This document shows, piece by piece, positions 1 to 15,041 of a stretch of 64,000 nucleotides of DNA. Position numbers and translations under genes: made by a program. Origin of the DNA: the human T2T-CHM13v2.0 reference genome, Homo sapiens; the NCBI RefSeq assembly GCF_009914755.1, contig NC_060925.1; one strand, written 5' to 3'. Positions within the stretch are counted from its first letter, which is position 1. Each line of letters begins with the position of its first letter. A model generated the notes under the pieces. It was not told the DNA's origin. It made no database searches and worked only from the letters and a program-made list of their open reading frames with translations.

Positions 1-3000
1 AACATGATGCCTCCAGCTTTGTTCTTTTTGCTTAGGATTGTCTTGGCTATGTGGGCTCTTTTTTGGTTGCATATGAAATTTAGAGTAGTTTTTTCCAGTT
101 CTGTGAAGAAAATCAGTGGTGGCTTGATGGGAATTTTGTTGAGGGCCTTTTCTGCATCTATTGAGATAATCGTGTGGTTTTTGTCATCGGTTCTGTTTGT
201 TTGAGGAATTACATTTATTGATTTGCATATGTTGAACCAAACTTGCATCCCAGAGATGAAGCTGACTTGATCATGGTGGATAAACTTTTTGATGTGCTGC
301 TGGATTTGGTTTGCTAATATTTTATTGAGGATTTTCACATAGATGTTCATCAGGGATATTGGCCTGAAATTTACTTTTTTTGTTGTTTCTCTCCCAGGTT
401 TTGGTATCAGGATGATGCTGGCCTCATAAAATGAGTTAAGGAGGATTCCCTCTTTTTCTATTGATTGGAATAATTTCAGAAGGTAAGGTACCCGCTTCTC
501 TTTGTACCTCTGGTAGAAGTCAGCTGTGAATCTGTCTGGTCGTGGACTTTTTTTTGGTTGGTAGGCTATTAATTACTGCCTCAATTTCAGAATGTGTTAT
601 TAGTCTATTCAGTGATTCAACTTATTCCTAATTTAGTCTTGGGAGGGTGTATATGTCCAGGAATTTATCTATTTCTTCTAGATTTTCTAGTTTATTTGCA
701 TAGAGGTGTTTATAATATTCCCTGATGGTAGTTTGTACATCTGTGGGATTGGTGGTAATATACCCTTTTCATTTTTTATTGCATCTATTTGATTCTTCTT
801 TCTTTTCTTCATTAGTCTGGCTAGCGGGCCATCTATTTTGTTGATCTTTTCAAAAAAACAGCCTGGATTCATTGATTTTTTGAAGGGTTTTTCATGTCTC
901 TATCTCCTTCATTTCTGCTCTGATCTTAGTTATTTCTTGTCTTCTGCTAGCTTTTGAATTTGTTTGCTCTTGCTTCTCTAGCTCTTTTAATTGTGATGTT
1001 AGGGTGCCGATTTTAGATCTTTCCTGCTTTCTCTTGTGGACATTTAGTGCTATAAATTTCCCTCTACACACTGCTTTAAATGTGTCCCAGAGATTCTGGT
1101 ATATTGTGTCTTTGTTCTCATTGGTTTCAAAGAACATCTTTATTTCTGCCTTCATTTCGTTATTTACCCAATAGTCATTCAGGAGCAAGTTGTTCAGTTT
1201 CCATGTAGTTGTGCAGTTTTGAGTGAGTTTCTTAATCCTGAGTTCTAATTTAATTGCACTGTGGTCTGAGTCTGTTTGTTATGATTTCCGTTCTTTTGCA
1301 TTTGCTGAGGAGTGTTTTACTTCCAATTATGTGGTCAATTTTAGAATAAGTGCGATATGGTGCTGAGAAGAATATATATTCTGTTGATTTGGGGTGGAGA
1401 GTTCTGTAGATGTCTATTAGGTCCACTTGGTCCAGAGCTGAGTTCAAGTCCTGGATATTCTTGTTAATTTTCTGTCTCATTGATCTGTCTAGTGTTGACA
1501 GTGGGGTGTTAAAGTCTCCCACTAACATTGTGTGGGAGTCTAAGTCTTTTTGTATGTCTCTAAGAACTTGCTTTATGAATCTGGGTGCCCCTGTATTGGG
1601 TGCATATATATTTAGGACAGTTTATTTAGGATAGTTAGCTCTTCTTGTTTCATTGATCCCTTTACCATTATGTAATGCCCTTCTTTGTTTCTTTTGATCT
1701 TTGTTGGTTTAAAGTCTGTTTATCAGAGACGAGGATTGCAATCCCTGCTTTTTTTTTGTTTTCCATTTGGTTGGCAAATATTCCTCCATCCCTTTATTTT
1801 GAGCCTCTGTGTGTCTTTGCACATGTGATGGGTCTCCTGAATATATCACACTGATGAGTCTTGACTCTATCCAATTTGCCAGTCTGTGTCTTTTAATTGG
1901 GGCATTTAGCCCATTTACATTTAAGGTTAATGTTGTTATGTGTGAATTTGATCCTGTCATTATGATGCTAGCTGGTTATTTTGCCCATTAGTTGATGCAG
2001 TTTCTTCATAGCACTGATGGTCTTTACAATTTGGTATGTTTTTGCAGTGGCTGATACTGGTTGTTCCTTTCCATGTTTAGTTCTCCCTTCAGGAGCTCTT
2101 GTAAGGCAGGCCTGGTGGTGACAAAATCTCTCAGCATTTGCTTGTCTATAAAGGATTTTACTTCTCCTTCACTTATGAAGCTTAGTTTGGCTGGATATGA
2201 AATTCTGGGTTGAAAATTTTTTTTTTAAGGAATGTTGAATATTGGCCCCCACTCTCTTCTGGCTTGTAGGGTTTCTGCAGAGAGATCCACTGTTAGTCAG
2301 ATAGGCTTCCCTTAGTGGGTAACCTGACCTTTCTCTCTGGCTGCCCTTAACATTTTTTCCTTCATTTAAACCTTGGTGAATCTGACGATTATGTGTCTTG
2401 GGGTTGCTCTTCTCGAGGAATATCTTTGTGATGTTCTCTGTATTTCCTGAATTTGAATGTTGGCCTGCCTTGTTAGGTTGGAGAAATTCTCCTGGATAAT
2501 ATTCTGAAAAGTGTTTTTCAACTTGATTCCATTCTCCCCGTTACTTTCAGGTACAACAGTCAAACGTAGATTTGGCCTTTTCAGATAGTCCCATATTTCT
2601 TGGAGGCTTTGTTCATTTCTTTTCATTCTTTTTTCTCTAATCTTGTCTTCTCACTTTATTTCATTGAGTTGATCTTCAGTCTCTGATATCCTTTCTTCTG
2701 CTTGATCGATTTGGCTATTGATACTTGTATATGCTTCACAAAGTTCTCGTGCTGTGTTTTTCAGCTCCATAAGGTCATTTATATTCTTCTCTAAACTGGT
2801 TATTCTAGACAGCAATTCACCTAACCATTTTTCAAGGTTCTTAGCTTCCTTGCATTCGGTTAGAACATGCTCCTTTAGCTCAGAGGAGTTTGTTATTACC
2901 CACCTTCTGAAGCCTACTTCTGTCAGTTTGTCAAACTCATTCTCCATCCAGTTTTGTTCCCTTGCTGGTGAGGAGTTGTGTTCCTATGCAGTAGAAGAGG

Positions 3001-4200
3001 CGTTCTGGTTTTTGGCGTTTTCAGCCCTTTGTGCTTGTTTCTCCCCATCTTTGTGGATTTAACTACCTTTGGTTTTTGCTGTTGGTGACCTTCGGATGGG
3101 GTCGCTGAGTGGATGTCCTTTTTGTTGATTTTGCTATTTTCCTTTCTGTTTGTTAGTTTTCCTTCGAACAGTCAGGCCCCTCTTCTTCAGGTCTGCTGAA
3201 GTTTGCTGGAGGTCCACTCCAGACCATTTGCCTGGGTATTGCCAGCGGGGGCTGCAGAACAGTACAGATTGCTGCCTGTTCCTTCCTCTGGAAGCTTCGT
3301 CCCAGAGGGGCACTTGCCAGATGCCAGCGAGAGCTCTCCTGTATGAGGTGTCTGTCCGCCCCTACTGGGGGATGTCTCCCAGTCAGGATACATGGGGGTC
3401 AGGGACCTACTTGAGGAGGCAGCCTGCCCCTTATCAGAGCTTGAACGCTGTGCTGGGAGATCTGCTGCTCTCTTAAGAACTGTCAGGCAGGGATGTTTAA
3501 GTCTGCTGAAGCTGTACCCACAGCCGCCCCTTTCCCCAGTTTGTCTGTCCCAGGGAGATGGGTGTTTTATCTATAAGTCCCTGACTGGGGCTGCTGCCTT
3601 TTTTTCAGAGATGCCTTGCCTAGAGAGGCAGTCTGGCTGCAGTGGGCTTGCTGAGCTGCGGTGGGCTCTGCTCAGTTCAAACTTCCTTGCGTCTTTGTTT
3701 ACACTGTGAGGGTAAAACTGCCTACTCAAGCCTCATCAATGGCAGACACCCCTCCTGCCACCAAATTTTAGCGTCCCAGGTTGACCTCACAATGCTGTGC
3801 TAGCAGCAAGAATTTCAAGCCAGTGGATATTAGTTTGCTGGGCTCTGTGGGGGTGGGACCCCCCGAGCCAGGCACCAGAGGGAATCTCCTGGTCTGCTGC
3901 TTGTGAAGACTGTGGGAAAAGCACAGTATCTGGGTCAGAGTGCACTGTTCCTCCCGGTATAGTCTCTCATGTCTTCCCTTGGCTAGGAACGGGAAATCCC
4001 CTGACCCCTTGCGCTTCCCAGGTGAAGTGACACCCTACCCTGCTTTGGCTTGCCCTCCATGGGGCTGCACCCACTGTCCAACCATTCTCAATGAGTTGAA
4101 CCATGTACCTCAGTTGGAAATGCAGAAATCACTTGCCTTCTGCATCAATCTCACTGGGAGCTGCAGACTGGAGCTGTTCCTATTCGGCCATCTTGGCAGC
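1..4200 (-). mobile_element. L1PA-type LINE-1 (older primate, about L1PA7/8) with its 5' end retained; ORF1 3048-2024 and ORF2 from 1960, both disrupted; continues beyond the left edge
   Basis: ORF1 fragments (YLKRPNLRL, TPRHIIVRF) and ORF2 EN start MTGSNSHIT; L1 5' terminus with YY1 site GGCCATCTT at 4186-4194. Confidence 0.95.
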
Positions 4201-7200
4201 AATGATAGGTTGTCTTTCATTTCATTAATGATGTCTTTTGAAACACAGAAGTTTTAATTTTGATAAAGTCCAATTTGTCTTTTTTATTGTATTTTGATGA
4301 ATGTCTAAAAAATCAATGCCTAATACAAAATCACAAAGATTTACTGCTATGTTTTCTTCTAATAGTTTTATAGTTGTATTGTTTATATTTAGGCAAATGA
4401 TCCATTTTGAATTAATTTGTATATATGGTGTGAGGTAGGGCAACAGCTTCATACTTTTGCAGGTAAATATCCAGTTATCACACACCATTTATTAAAAGGA
4501 CTATTCTTTCCCCATTAAATTGACCTGCAAATATTGTAAGAAACCTATTGATCAGTGTAAGATTTTATTTCCATACTCTCAAATCTATTGTATTCATTAA
4601 TATGCCTGTCTTCGTGCCAGTACCACACTGTCTTGATTTCTGTAGCTTTGCAGTAAGATTCAGGAAGTGTGAGCACTCTAACTCTGTTTGTGTTTTTCAA
4701 GGCTGTTCAGGCTATTTAAATAATTGTTTGGGTTTTTTCCTTTATTCTATTAAGGAGGTGTATTATTTGTTTAATTTTAGTATGTGGTAACAACCTTGCA
4801 TTCCTGGGATGAATCTCACTTGGGAATAGTGTATAATCTCACTTATATGTTGCTGGATTAAATTTGCTAGTATTTTGTTGAGGATTTTTGCATCTATATT
4901 CATAGGAAATATTGTGTAATTTTTTTGATTGTGTCATCTTTGTCTGAGTTTGATATAAAAATACTGGCCTCATAGAATAAACTGGGAAGTATAACCTCTT
5001 CTTTTATTTTTTGAAGATTTTGGGAAGGACCAGTGTTAACACTTCTTTAAACATTTGGTAGAATTCACCCGTGAAGCTATCTGGTCCTTAACTTCGTGGC
5101 AAGATTTTTTGTGGGAAGTGTTTTAATTACTAATTCAATCTCTTTATTCATTATGTGTCTACTCAAATATTCTGTTTCTTCTTGAGTCAGTTTTGGTAGT
5201 TGTGTTTTTCCAGAAATCTGTTCATTTAATCTATTTTGTTTAATTTGTTGGCATACAATTGTTCATTATAATCATAATTCTTTTTATTTCTGTAAGTTAG
5301 TATTAGTGTCTCATTCCTGATATTGGTAATTGAGTCTTTTCTCTTTTTTTCCTGGTCAGTGTAGCTAAAGGTTTATCAACTTTATTTATCTTTTTGTAGA
5401 GTCAACTTGGTTTGATTAATTTTCTCTATTGTTTTTCTATCCCCTAATATACTTATTTATACTCTAATATTTATTATCTTCTTCATTCTACTTGCTTTGG
5501 ATTTAGCTTTCTCTGCTCTTTTATTCTTCAGGATCTTTAGGTGAAAGGTTTGCTTTTAAGAGATTTCTTTAAAAAAAAATAGGTGTTTACCTCTAAGCAG
5601 TGCTTTCGTTAAATTTCGGAAGTTTTGGTTTGTTGTGTATACATTTTTTATTCACCTTAAAATATTATCTAATTTCCTTTGTGATTACTTTTTTGACCCA
5701 TTGATTACTTAGGAGTATATTGCTTAATTTTCACATATTAGTGAATTTTCCAACTTCTTTCTGTTATTAATTTCTAATTTCATGTGGTTGGAGAACATAC
5801 TTTTTATGATTTAAATCCTTTCAAATATTTTGAGATTTATTTTATAGCTTAACATGTGATCTAGTCTGGAGAGTGTTCCATGTGCACTTGAGAAGCACAC
5901 ATATATTCTGCTGTTGTTGGGTGAAGTGTCTCATAGAAATGTGTTGGGTCTGATTGGGTGTGGAATAGTCTAGTCTTTAATTTTCTCATGGATCTTTGGT
6001 CTAGCTGTTCTATTCATTATTAAAAGTGGGATATTGAAGTCTCCAACTGTTATTGTTTAATTATCTATTTCTTCTTGCAATTCTGCCAATTTTTGCTTCA
6101 TGCATTTTGGAGCTCCGTTGTTAAGTGCATATATGATTATAATGATATCTTCTTGATGGATTGACCTCTTACTCATAATAAACTGTTTCACTTTGGCTCT
6201 AGTAATAATTTTTGTTTTAACTTCTATTTTGTGTAATGTTAATATAGCCACTACATCTCTCTCAATATTGTTTTCATGCTATAGCTTTTCCCATTTTTAC
6301 TTTCAATCTTTTTGTGTCTTTAAAACTCAAGTGTGTCTTTTGTAGATAGCATAGTTGGATCAATTTTTTAAAATCCATTGTGCCAATTTTTACTTCTTTA
6401 TTGGAGTATTTAATCCATTTACATTTAATGTAACTAAGATTTATATCTGCCATTTTGTTGTTTTCTACATGTCTCATGTTTTTGTTCCTCTGTTCCTCCA
6501 TTAGTGTATTATTTTGTTTTAGATATTTTCTAGTGTACCATCCTAGTTATATTATCATGTATTTCATATGTATATTTGATTACAATTAGCATCTTGTAAC
6601 AATCTAATTTGAAGTTATATTAACTCAATTTTCAATAGTGTACCAAAACTTTACTCCTATATAGCTCTCCTTTGTGGCATTATCATCATACAAATTACAT
6701 CTCTATACATCATAAGCCCCTCAACACAATTTTATGATTATTGCTTTATGCAGTAATCTTTTAAGTAATATAGAAGAATTACAAACCAAAATTACATTTA
6801 TATTGTCTTTTATTTTTACTTATGTAGTTGCCTTTACCAGTGCTTTTTATTTTTTTCACGTGAATTCTAGTTACCATCTAGTGTCATTTTATTTCAGCTT
6901 TAAGAACTCCCTTTACTATTTTTTTTTTGTAGGGCATGTCTGCTAGTGATGATTCTCTCAGTTTTTGTTGACTTAGGAAAGTTTTAATTTCTATTTCGTT
7001 TTTGAGGGATATTTTTGGTGTCTACAGTATGATTTTTTTGACAAGTTTTTCTTTCTACACATTAAATATGCCATCCCATTGTCTTCTGGCCTCCATGGTT
7101 TCTAAGAGAAATAAGAAATTTGCTGTTTATCTGATTGAGAATTCTTTATATGTGATAAGTTGCTTCTTACTTGCTGTCTTCAAGAATGTCTTTGTCTCTC

Positions 7201-7788
7201 AACAGTTTAATTATGATATGTCTAGGTACAGGTCTCTTATACTTCATTGAGCTTCAGCTACATTGGCTGTGTGGATAAATGTTTTTTCCTAAAATCAAAT
7301 TTGAGAAGTTTTCTGTCGTTTTTCTTCAAATATTCTTTGTGCCATTTCTTTCCTTTCCTTCTCGGACCCTCATTATGCACATGTTGGTGCAATTGGTGAT
7401 GTCCCATAAGTCTTTGAGTTCCTGCTCATTTCTCTTCATTAATTTTTATTTCTGTTCTGCAGACTGGATAACATCTACTGACCCATCTATAAATCCACTG
7501 TTTTTTTTTTTCTGCCAGCTCAAATCTGCTATTGAGCTCCTCTAGTGAATATTTTATTTTAGTCATTGTACTTTTTGACTCCAGAATTTCTATTTGGTTC
7601 TTTTAAATAATTCCTATTTCTTTATTGACATTCTTTATTTGGTGATACATCATTCTCACATTTTCCTTTAGTTCTTTGAACATATTTATAATAGCTGATT
7701 TTAAGACTTTTCATAGTAAGTCCAATGTGTGGACTTTCTCTGGGACAGTTTCTATTGACTACTTTATTTTCTTGAGTATGGGGCATAA

Positions 7789-8114
<326 letters not shown>

Positions 8115-8135
8115 TGTTTGTATGTCTTGTAGCAT

Positions 8136-8260
8136 TTGTTTGTTTTAGAGATGGTATCTTGTTGTGTTGCCCAGGCTAGTCTCAAACTCCTGGCCTCAAG
8201 GGATCCTCCCTCTCACCTCAGTCTCCCAAGTAGCTGGGACTGCAGGCACACTTCACCATG

Positions 8261-8262
<2 letters not shown>
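8136..8262 (-). mobile_element. Alu monomer (FLAM-like)
   Basis: Single diverged Alu arm. Confidence 0.75.

Positions 8263-8294
<32 letters not shown>
8263..8294. repeat. (GT)n microsatellite
   Basis: Seen directly. Confidence 0.95.
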
Positions 8295-8296
<2 letters not shown>

Positions 8297-9689
8297 TTAA
8301 CTCAACATTTTAAACAATATAACGTGACAACTCTGGAAAGCAGATCCCTCCCCTCAACAGGGTTTGTTATATTTATTATTTGTTATTGTAGTTGTTTGTT
8401 TAGTGACTTCTCTGAGCTAGTCGTATAAAGTCACTGTTCTTTTTCACATGTAGCCACTGAGGTCTCTGTTTGGTTAGCTTACCATTCAACAAATTATTGG
8501 ACAGAGATTTCCTTATGTGTCTTGCATCAATAACTCTTACCACCTTTGTCAAGAGACTCTGTGTATGTGTTCGGAGTGCAACTTTAATGGTCTTGCAAGC
8601 AGATTACAAGTAAATGTTAGCCTTTATTGTGTGCCTTTGCATAGCCTCAATTTCAGTCAGAGGTGAGTGATTAGGGCCTCTTTAGGTTTTGGGTGGCATC
8701 TGCACAGCTCTGCATATGTACATCATCTTCTAAATTCCAATGAATATGTCAGAATTTTACAAAGCCTCCTCGGGACAGTTTATTCTCCAGCCTATCTTTT
8801 TAACTTTTTTGTCAACTTCTTGTTTGTCCTCAACTGTTATTGCAGCCACAGGCAGCTGCAATGTGAAAATCATTGCTCATTATTTTGACCAATGCCCCTA
8901 GGCTCTGAGTTAGGTGAAATAAAAGTCAGTCCTGCAAGTGAGGGTCTTCAGAGAGCTGCCAGAGAGATCAAAGACGGACAATTCTCTGGGGATGAGACTT
9001 TTGGGTACCTCCAAAACTATCCCCCTCACCCCCATCTCCCGGCTCTAGTTACTGCTAGGCTGCTGGTTTTCATAAGACCACGATGGTGAAGCTGTTGGCT
9101 TTCAGATTTTCATGATACCATGACGGTGAAGCTGTTGGCTTTCAGAGCTATCACTAAAACTGAGGAGACAGAAATCAGAATACAGCAGGTGAAAATGCTA
9201 CAAATCTTATCACTTTTACCAAGATTCTGCCATTTTTCTCGAACAAACACTTTTCAAATTGTTACGAGGTTTTGGTTAATTTCCAGAGTTCTGAAAAAGT
9301 TGATTCCTGACTCTACTTCCAGTGTTCTTGTTGCTTTTATAGAGGACTGGATTTGTTTTGTCCATTGGCTTTGTCCCATTATTCTTCCTAGCTTTGTTGC
9401 ACTGCATACTTGGTATATGATATTAATACCTTCTACATCTCCATCTAAATCGTAGACACCAGTGTTGCCCAAGAGTGGACCAGCAACAGTTTGAGGCATA
9501 TTCCTCAGATTGAACCAACCCCTCTGGGTTCATGTCAGTTACCGGGTGTCAAGGTTGAAGCATTCAATCAATGAGCGTCACATCATTAATCCATATTTCA
9601 TCATCTTCTCCTAAAGTCTAATATGCAGCCACTGTTAAGTGTTTTGCTTATGTCAAAATGCAGTTTTCAAGTGTTATTACTCTTACTTC

Positions 9690-9905
9690 TTAATTCTCTT
9701 ATCCTGCTTTATTTTTCTCCCAGCATTTTTTCCCTATTAACACATATCTAGCCACTTTTTGCCTGCTTCACCACTAGAATGCATGCTTCTTGAAAGCCAG
9801 AAGTTTTGTTTTGTTTTACTCGGTTGCCAGTATCTAGATGAACTCCTGGCATATAGTACCTGGCTCAATACATTATTTGTGAATGTAATGAATGAATTAA
9901 TGAAC
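9690..9905 (+). mobile_element. L2 3' end fragment
   Basis: L2-tail-like sequence (CCTGGCATATAGTA...CTCAATAC...) ending in GAAT-like repeats. Confidence 0.55.
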
Positions 9906-10908
9906 TTAATAAACTTTTTAGAAAAAAAGTTATTAATTTAACATAACTTGTTATTTAAAAACAATCTGTATTGCTTCAGTGGAATCCTATAAACCTTTCA
10001 AAAAGCAGACAATTAATGTACTTGATACTCCAGTCCAAAATTTCCAGGGAACAATATATTTACTAATCTGAAGTTTAAAACCCCTTTAAAATTAGGCCTA
10101 TTTTTTGGCTCTAGGTTTTGGCATCTCTCTTATTCCTCACAAATTCCCAAAGATATAGTTAACAGTGAATCTAAGATCACATCAGAAAGTTTTTTAGTAC
10201 TTTGGGATTAAAAAGTAGTAAACCAGAGCTCTCAAGGACTAAACTAATTTAAAGCAACTGCTTTTTCAAAAAAGTTCTTTCAAGGAAGAGGGAATAGTAA
10301 AAGCATGTACTATAGTGAAATTTCAAATTTACCTTCATTGTTTAAAAATTATTTATAATTTCAAAAACATTCTCCCTGAATAAGAAGATCTAAGTAAACT
10401 AAGAGTTGGATAATTCTTATTTCTCTCTGTTATCAGCGATCGCATCATTTTCACTGAAACCTGGTACTTTTTCATCCTTCTGTGTAGGCACAGATTTAAA
10501 AGTCCCATTTGCTACCAATCACATACTTTACAAGTCTAACTTCACTATGGGCTCTAGGCATTCTGCAAGTACACTTAGAGGTTCCTGCCACTCTCTTGAC
10601 TTTGTCTTTGTAAACTCCGGTTTTGCTTTTTTAAAGATTGAAGCCTATTGAAGAGCCCCCTATGCAGCCATGTGGGCTTCTTTGGATGCCTCACTTTTCC
10701 ACTGGGATTATAGACAGTTGTTAGGTCTGGATTTGGGTTTGAGAATCCCCCAGTCTCTCCAAGACCTATTCCCCATTACTGTCTCCAGCCATAGGATTAA
10801 TATTACATCGTTCACATGATAGCTCTGTAAACACCCAAATTTTTCTCTATTTCTTAAGTAACATCCAACATAACAAGTCTACTGAGGTATTCCTGCTTTA
10901 AAAAATCA

Positions 10909-11224
<316 letters not shown>

Positions 11225-11366
11225 TCATAATGGAACTTATGTTGAAAGCATTAAGAAGAGGAATTTATTGAAAATAACACAGTGAACACAGTGAAAATAA
11301 CACAGTGAATACAATAAAAATAACATTACAACCAAGTTTATCAAATAATTATATTAAACATGTTTC

Positions 11367-11663
<297 letters not shown>

Positions 11664-11967
11664 TTATTATTATCATACGAAACATATAGTTCAAGGCAAA
11701 CTATAATGAAGAGTTGTGATTATCAATTCCTGCTCATCATAGAATCAACCACGGATATTTGGTTGCAGATAAGTGTCACTGCCTCTACTTCACCATTTTT
11801 TTTTTAACAGTTTTAACTTATTTGGCCTTGGGAGGGTTAACTGGGAAGAACTGAAAAGGAAAGCAAACAGAGTGAGATCTCAGCTGTCAGGAAAGGTAGG
11901 TAGTCATGTGCACAGAGCAGGCCATTGCCGCATGCAGAAACTGGGATCTCCTGCTAACTATAGAGTT

Positions 11968-12367
11968 TGCTCAAGCAATTATGGAGGCTGAGAAGTTTCA
12001 TGATCTGCTGTCTACATGCTGGAGACCCAGGAGAGCTGATGGTGTAGTTCCAGTTTGAGATGGAAGGCCTGAGAATCAGGAGAACTGATGGTGTAAATTC
12101 CAGTCCCAGTGCAGGAGAATACCAATATCTCAGCTTGAAAACAGGTAGAGAGAGTAAATTCTCCTTACTCAGCTTTTTGTTCTATGTAGGCCTCCAATGG
12201 ATTGGATGAGGCCTACTACCCACACTGGGGAGAGAAATCTGCTTTACTCAGTCTGCCAACTCAAATGTTAATGTCATCCAGAAACACCCTCATAGACACA
12301 CCCAGAATCATGTTTATCTGGGCATCCCATGGCCAAGTCAAGTTGACACAAAAATTAAACATTAACA
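11968..12367 (-). mobile_element. MLT2-family (ERVL) solo LTR
   Basis: Ends in ...GGCATCCCATGGCCAAGTCAAGTTGACACAAAAATTAAACATTAACA, the reverse complement of the MLT2 5' terminus. Confidence 0.8.
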
Positions 12368-12536
12368 ATGAGCAAGGAGCCTAGTGGCTAAAAATGCAGC
12401 CTCAAATCCAATGTGCCCTACTTACTGTGACCTTAGGTAAGTTACTTAACCATTCTAAGCCTCCCTTACCCCCAAGTAAAATGGAAATAATGATAGCACC
12501 TTCCTGAGCTTGTTTTTAGAAGCACATGAGAGAGGG

Positions 12537-12743
<207 letters not shown>

Positions 12744-13448
12744 CTATCTAGGCATGAAGAAAGGAGATTCTCAACCAGGGAGGTTGGCAGTAAGTTTGAA
12801 AAATTCTAAGAAATTTCAGAAGATTCTATATGACCTTGATGACTAAAATCATATTTGTTATAGGGGAGGGAAGAGAAGCAAAGGAGTGAGGAGAGCAACT
12901 GAAAGCCTCTTACTTTCCAGCAGACCAGAATAACAAGGAACACTATGTCTGCTTTGAGGCTCCCTGCTGTCAAGGATGCCTGCTTCTGGGGTCTGCATAG
13001 AAACCTCTTAAAATCTGCTCACAGGCTTCTTAAGCTCCTGCCTCTTGAGCACCTCACATGTCATGCTTCCTGTGGAAATCTCCATTGCACATGGCTGCTG
13101 TGGGAAAAAGTGTAGGGTGGGGAGATGAGGGTAATACTAGAGAGAGCGATGAAGCATTGGAAGCTGAGAGGCATTCTCAGATCCAGAGGGTCATAGAGAT
13201 TGAAGTCAGGGCTTTGATGGCAACCAAAATAGACTGCTTTCCAGCTGCAACGGAAAAAGGTGACTGGGATGTTATGATGGAGGGCAAGGAGGGTGGGTGA
13301 GAAGGTTTAGATAAATGCCTTCCTAGGCAAACTGCATCTAGTTGGTTGGATATTTTAAATAGTCAAAATGATTTACTTTTATTAGTGCAAAGACAAAACT
13401 GAATATAAACTGAGGGATTTATTTTCATTTGCAGATGTGAATTGGACA

Positions 13449-13557
13449 CAGTATCATGCTACTTGTTGAATTCTGATTTAGAGCATCCACCCAAATCAAA
13501 TTTGGGCCTCATTTGGGTAGATGCCCAAACTAGAATTTAACAAGTGGCATGATACTG
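13449..13557. repeat. Imperfect inverted repeat (47-48 bp arms, 14 nt loop), MITE-like
   Basis: CAGTATCATGCTACTTGTTGAATTCT... pairs with ...AGAATTTAACAAGTGGCATGATACTG. Confidence 0.85.
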
Positions 13558-14972
13558 GGAGGCAAGGAAGTCTCCACATTTAATGCTGAGGAGAGAAAGA
13601 AATTTCAGGACAGGGAAGTGTGTCTGAGTTAGACATACTTCTTTTCTACAGCTCCTTGTTTGAAATCAATACACATTCTGATTAAGGGCAGAGAGTTTTT
13701 CCTCTGAATAAACCATTTCCCCTGAAGAAATTGGCTGGATGGTATAATACCGGTTGATGAACCAGAAAACCTAGCCTCTGTTCCCTCCAACACCATTTCC
13801 CAACTACGTCACCTTGGGCAAGCCACTTAACCTTTCTGAGGATCAACTTCCTAAAGTCAAATGGGATAATAATCCCTCGTCGGCATCCTACAGTTGGTTA
13901 TTTTAAAAAAGTGAGATAATAAATGTGAATTGACCTTGAGATCTGTAAAATGTACACAGTATTATTCCTGAACCATGACTGCTTCCCTTGCCCGGTCTAG
14001 TGATTTTAAGCACACAATACAAGATCTTCCCATATTGTTGCAATATGGAAGGAAACAGCTGCTAGTCAAAGCCAGTTTTAGAAACCTGCATTTTTGCAAA
14101 AGGAAGAGTCAACTTTCATCATAACAATGTTGCTGGCACAGGATGGTTACTGCCATAAAACAATGTAGAGATGGTCCAGCAGGTGTCAGCAGAGAACCAA
14201 CTTTCAGTACTAGGTGGGCTCCTCCAGGGAGGGAGATGCCCGGGCCTGGTGGGCTGGGACAGGGCTGGGGGGACTCCGTCATTAAATCCAGGGCTGTCCC
14301 AGTTCTGGCGGGTGCTGGTAGGCAGATTGGGACCACTGAGATGGGGACAACAACCCATTGGCTTTATCTGCAAAATCCCTCTCATTGGCTCCAGGATCCT
14401 CTCCCTTCAGAAGATCCCTTCCCATGACTGTTTTTTAGTCTGGGCCTGAGTCCCTCTTCTGGCCCTAGAACCTGTGCTCTAACTTGAAAACCTGTCTCAC
14501 AGGGAAGAAGGTTTATTTGTTTGTTTAGAGAAATACTGCTTTGGGAATGCCTTTCATCCCTGTCTGTTTTGGATATATGTTTTTCACCTACTCCTCCTTC
14601 TCCTACCTTAACAACCAGCCATTCAGATTCAATAATTCAGGCAACAAATCCAAGGTGAGTGGCTAATGTATGGGAAGTGGGAGAGCACTGTTTACAGCTA
14701 CTAAATAGAAGCCCGTGCAATGAAGTATGTAAGCTCATATATGCTACAGATAGTCTCTCATATTTTACTCTTATGATTTCATTGCAAATGTATATGAGTC
14801 TGTTATAATGTGCCATGTTGAAATGGGTTCTGCCATAGGTTTTATGAGATTTGGGGTCTTTCTTGGCTGGATGTAGAGAGGATGACTTGGAGAGGCAGAG
14901 AAGCAGCTCTTTGAAACAGGAGCAAATCCCAAACTGCCTGCCTCCCCTCCCCTCCACATTTCTAAGATTCCC

Positions 14973-14992
14973 AGAGAGAGAGAGAGAGAGAG

Positions 14993-15040
<48 letters not shown>
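14973..15040. repeat. Compound (GA)n(GT)n(GA)n microsatellite
   Basis: Seen directly. Confidence 0.95.

Positions 15041-15041
<1 letters not shown>

Noticed and set aside
11270-11325. Short AACACAGTG repeats between two Alus
   Set aside because: Simple slippage-type repeat with no further structure.
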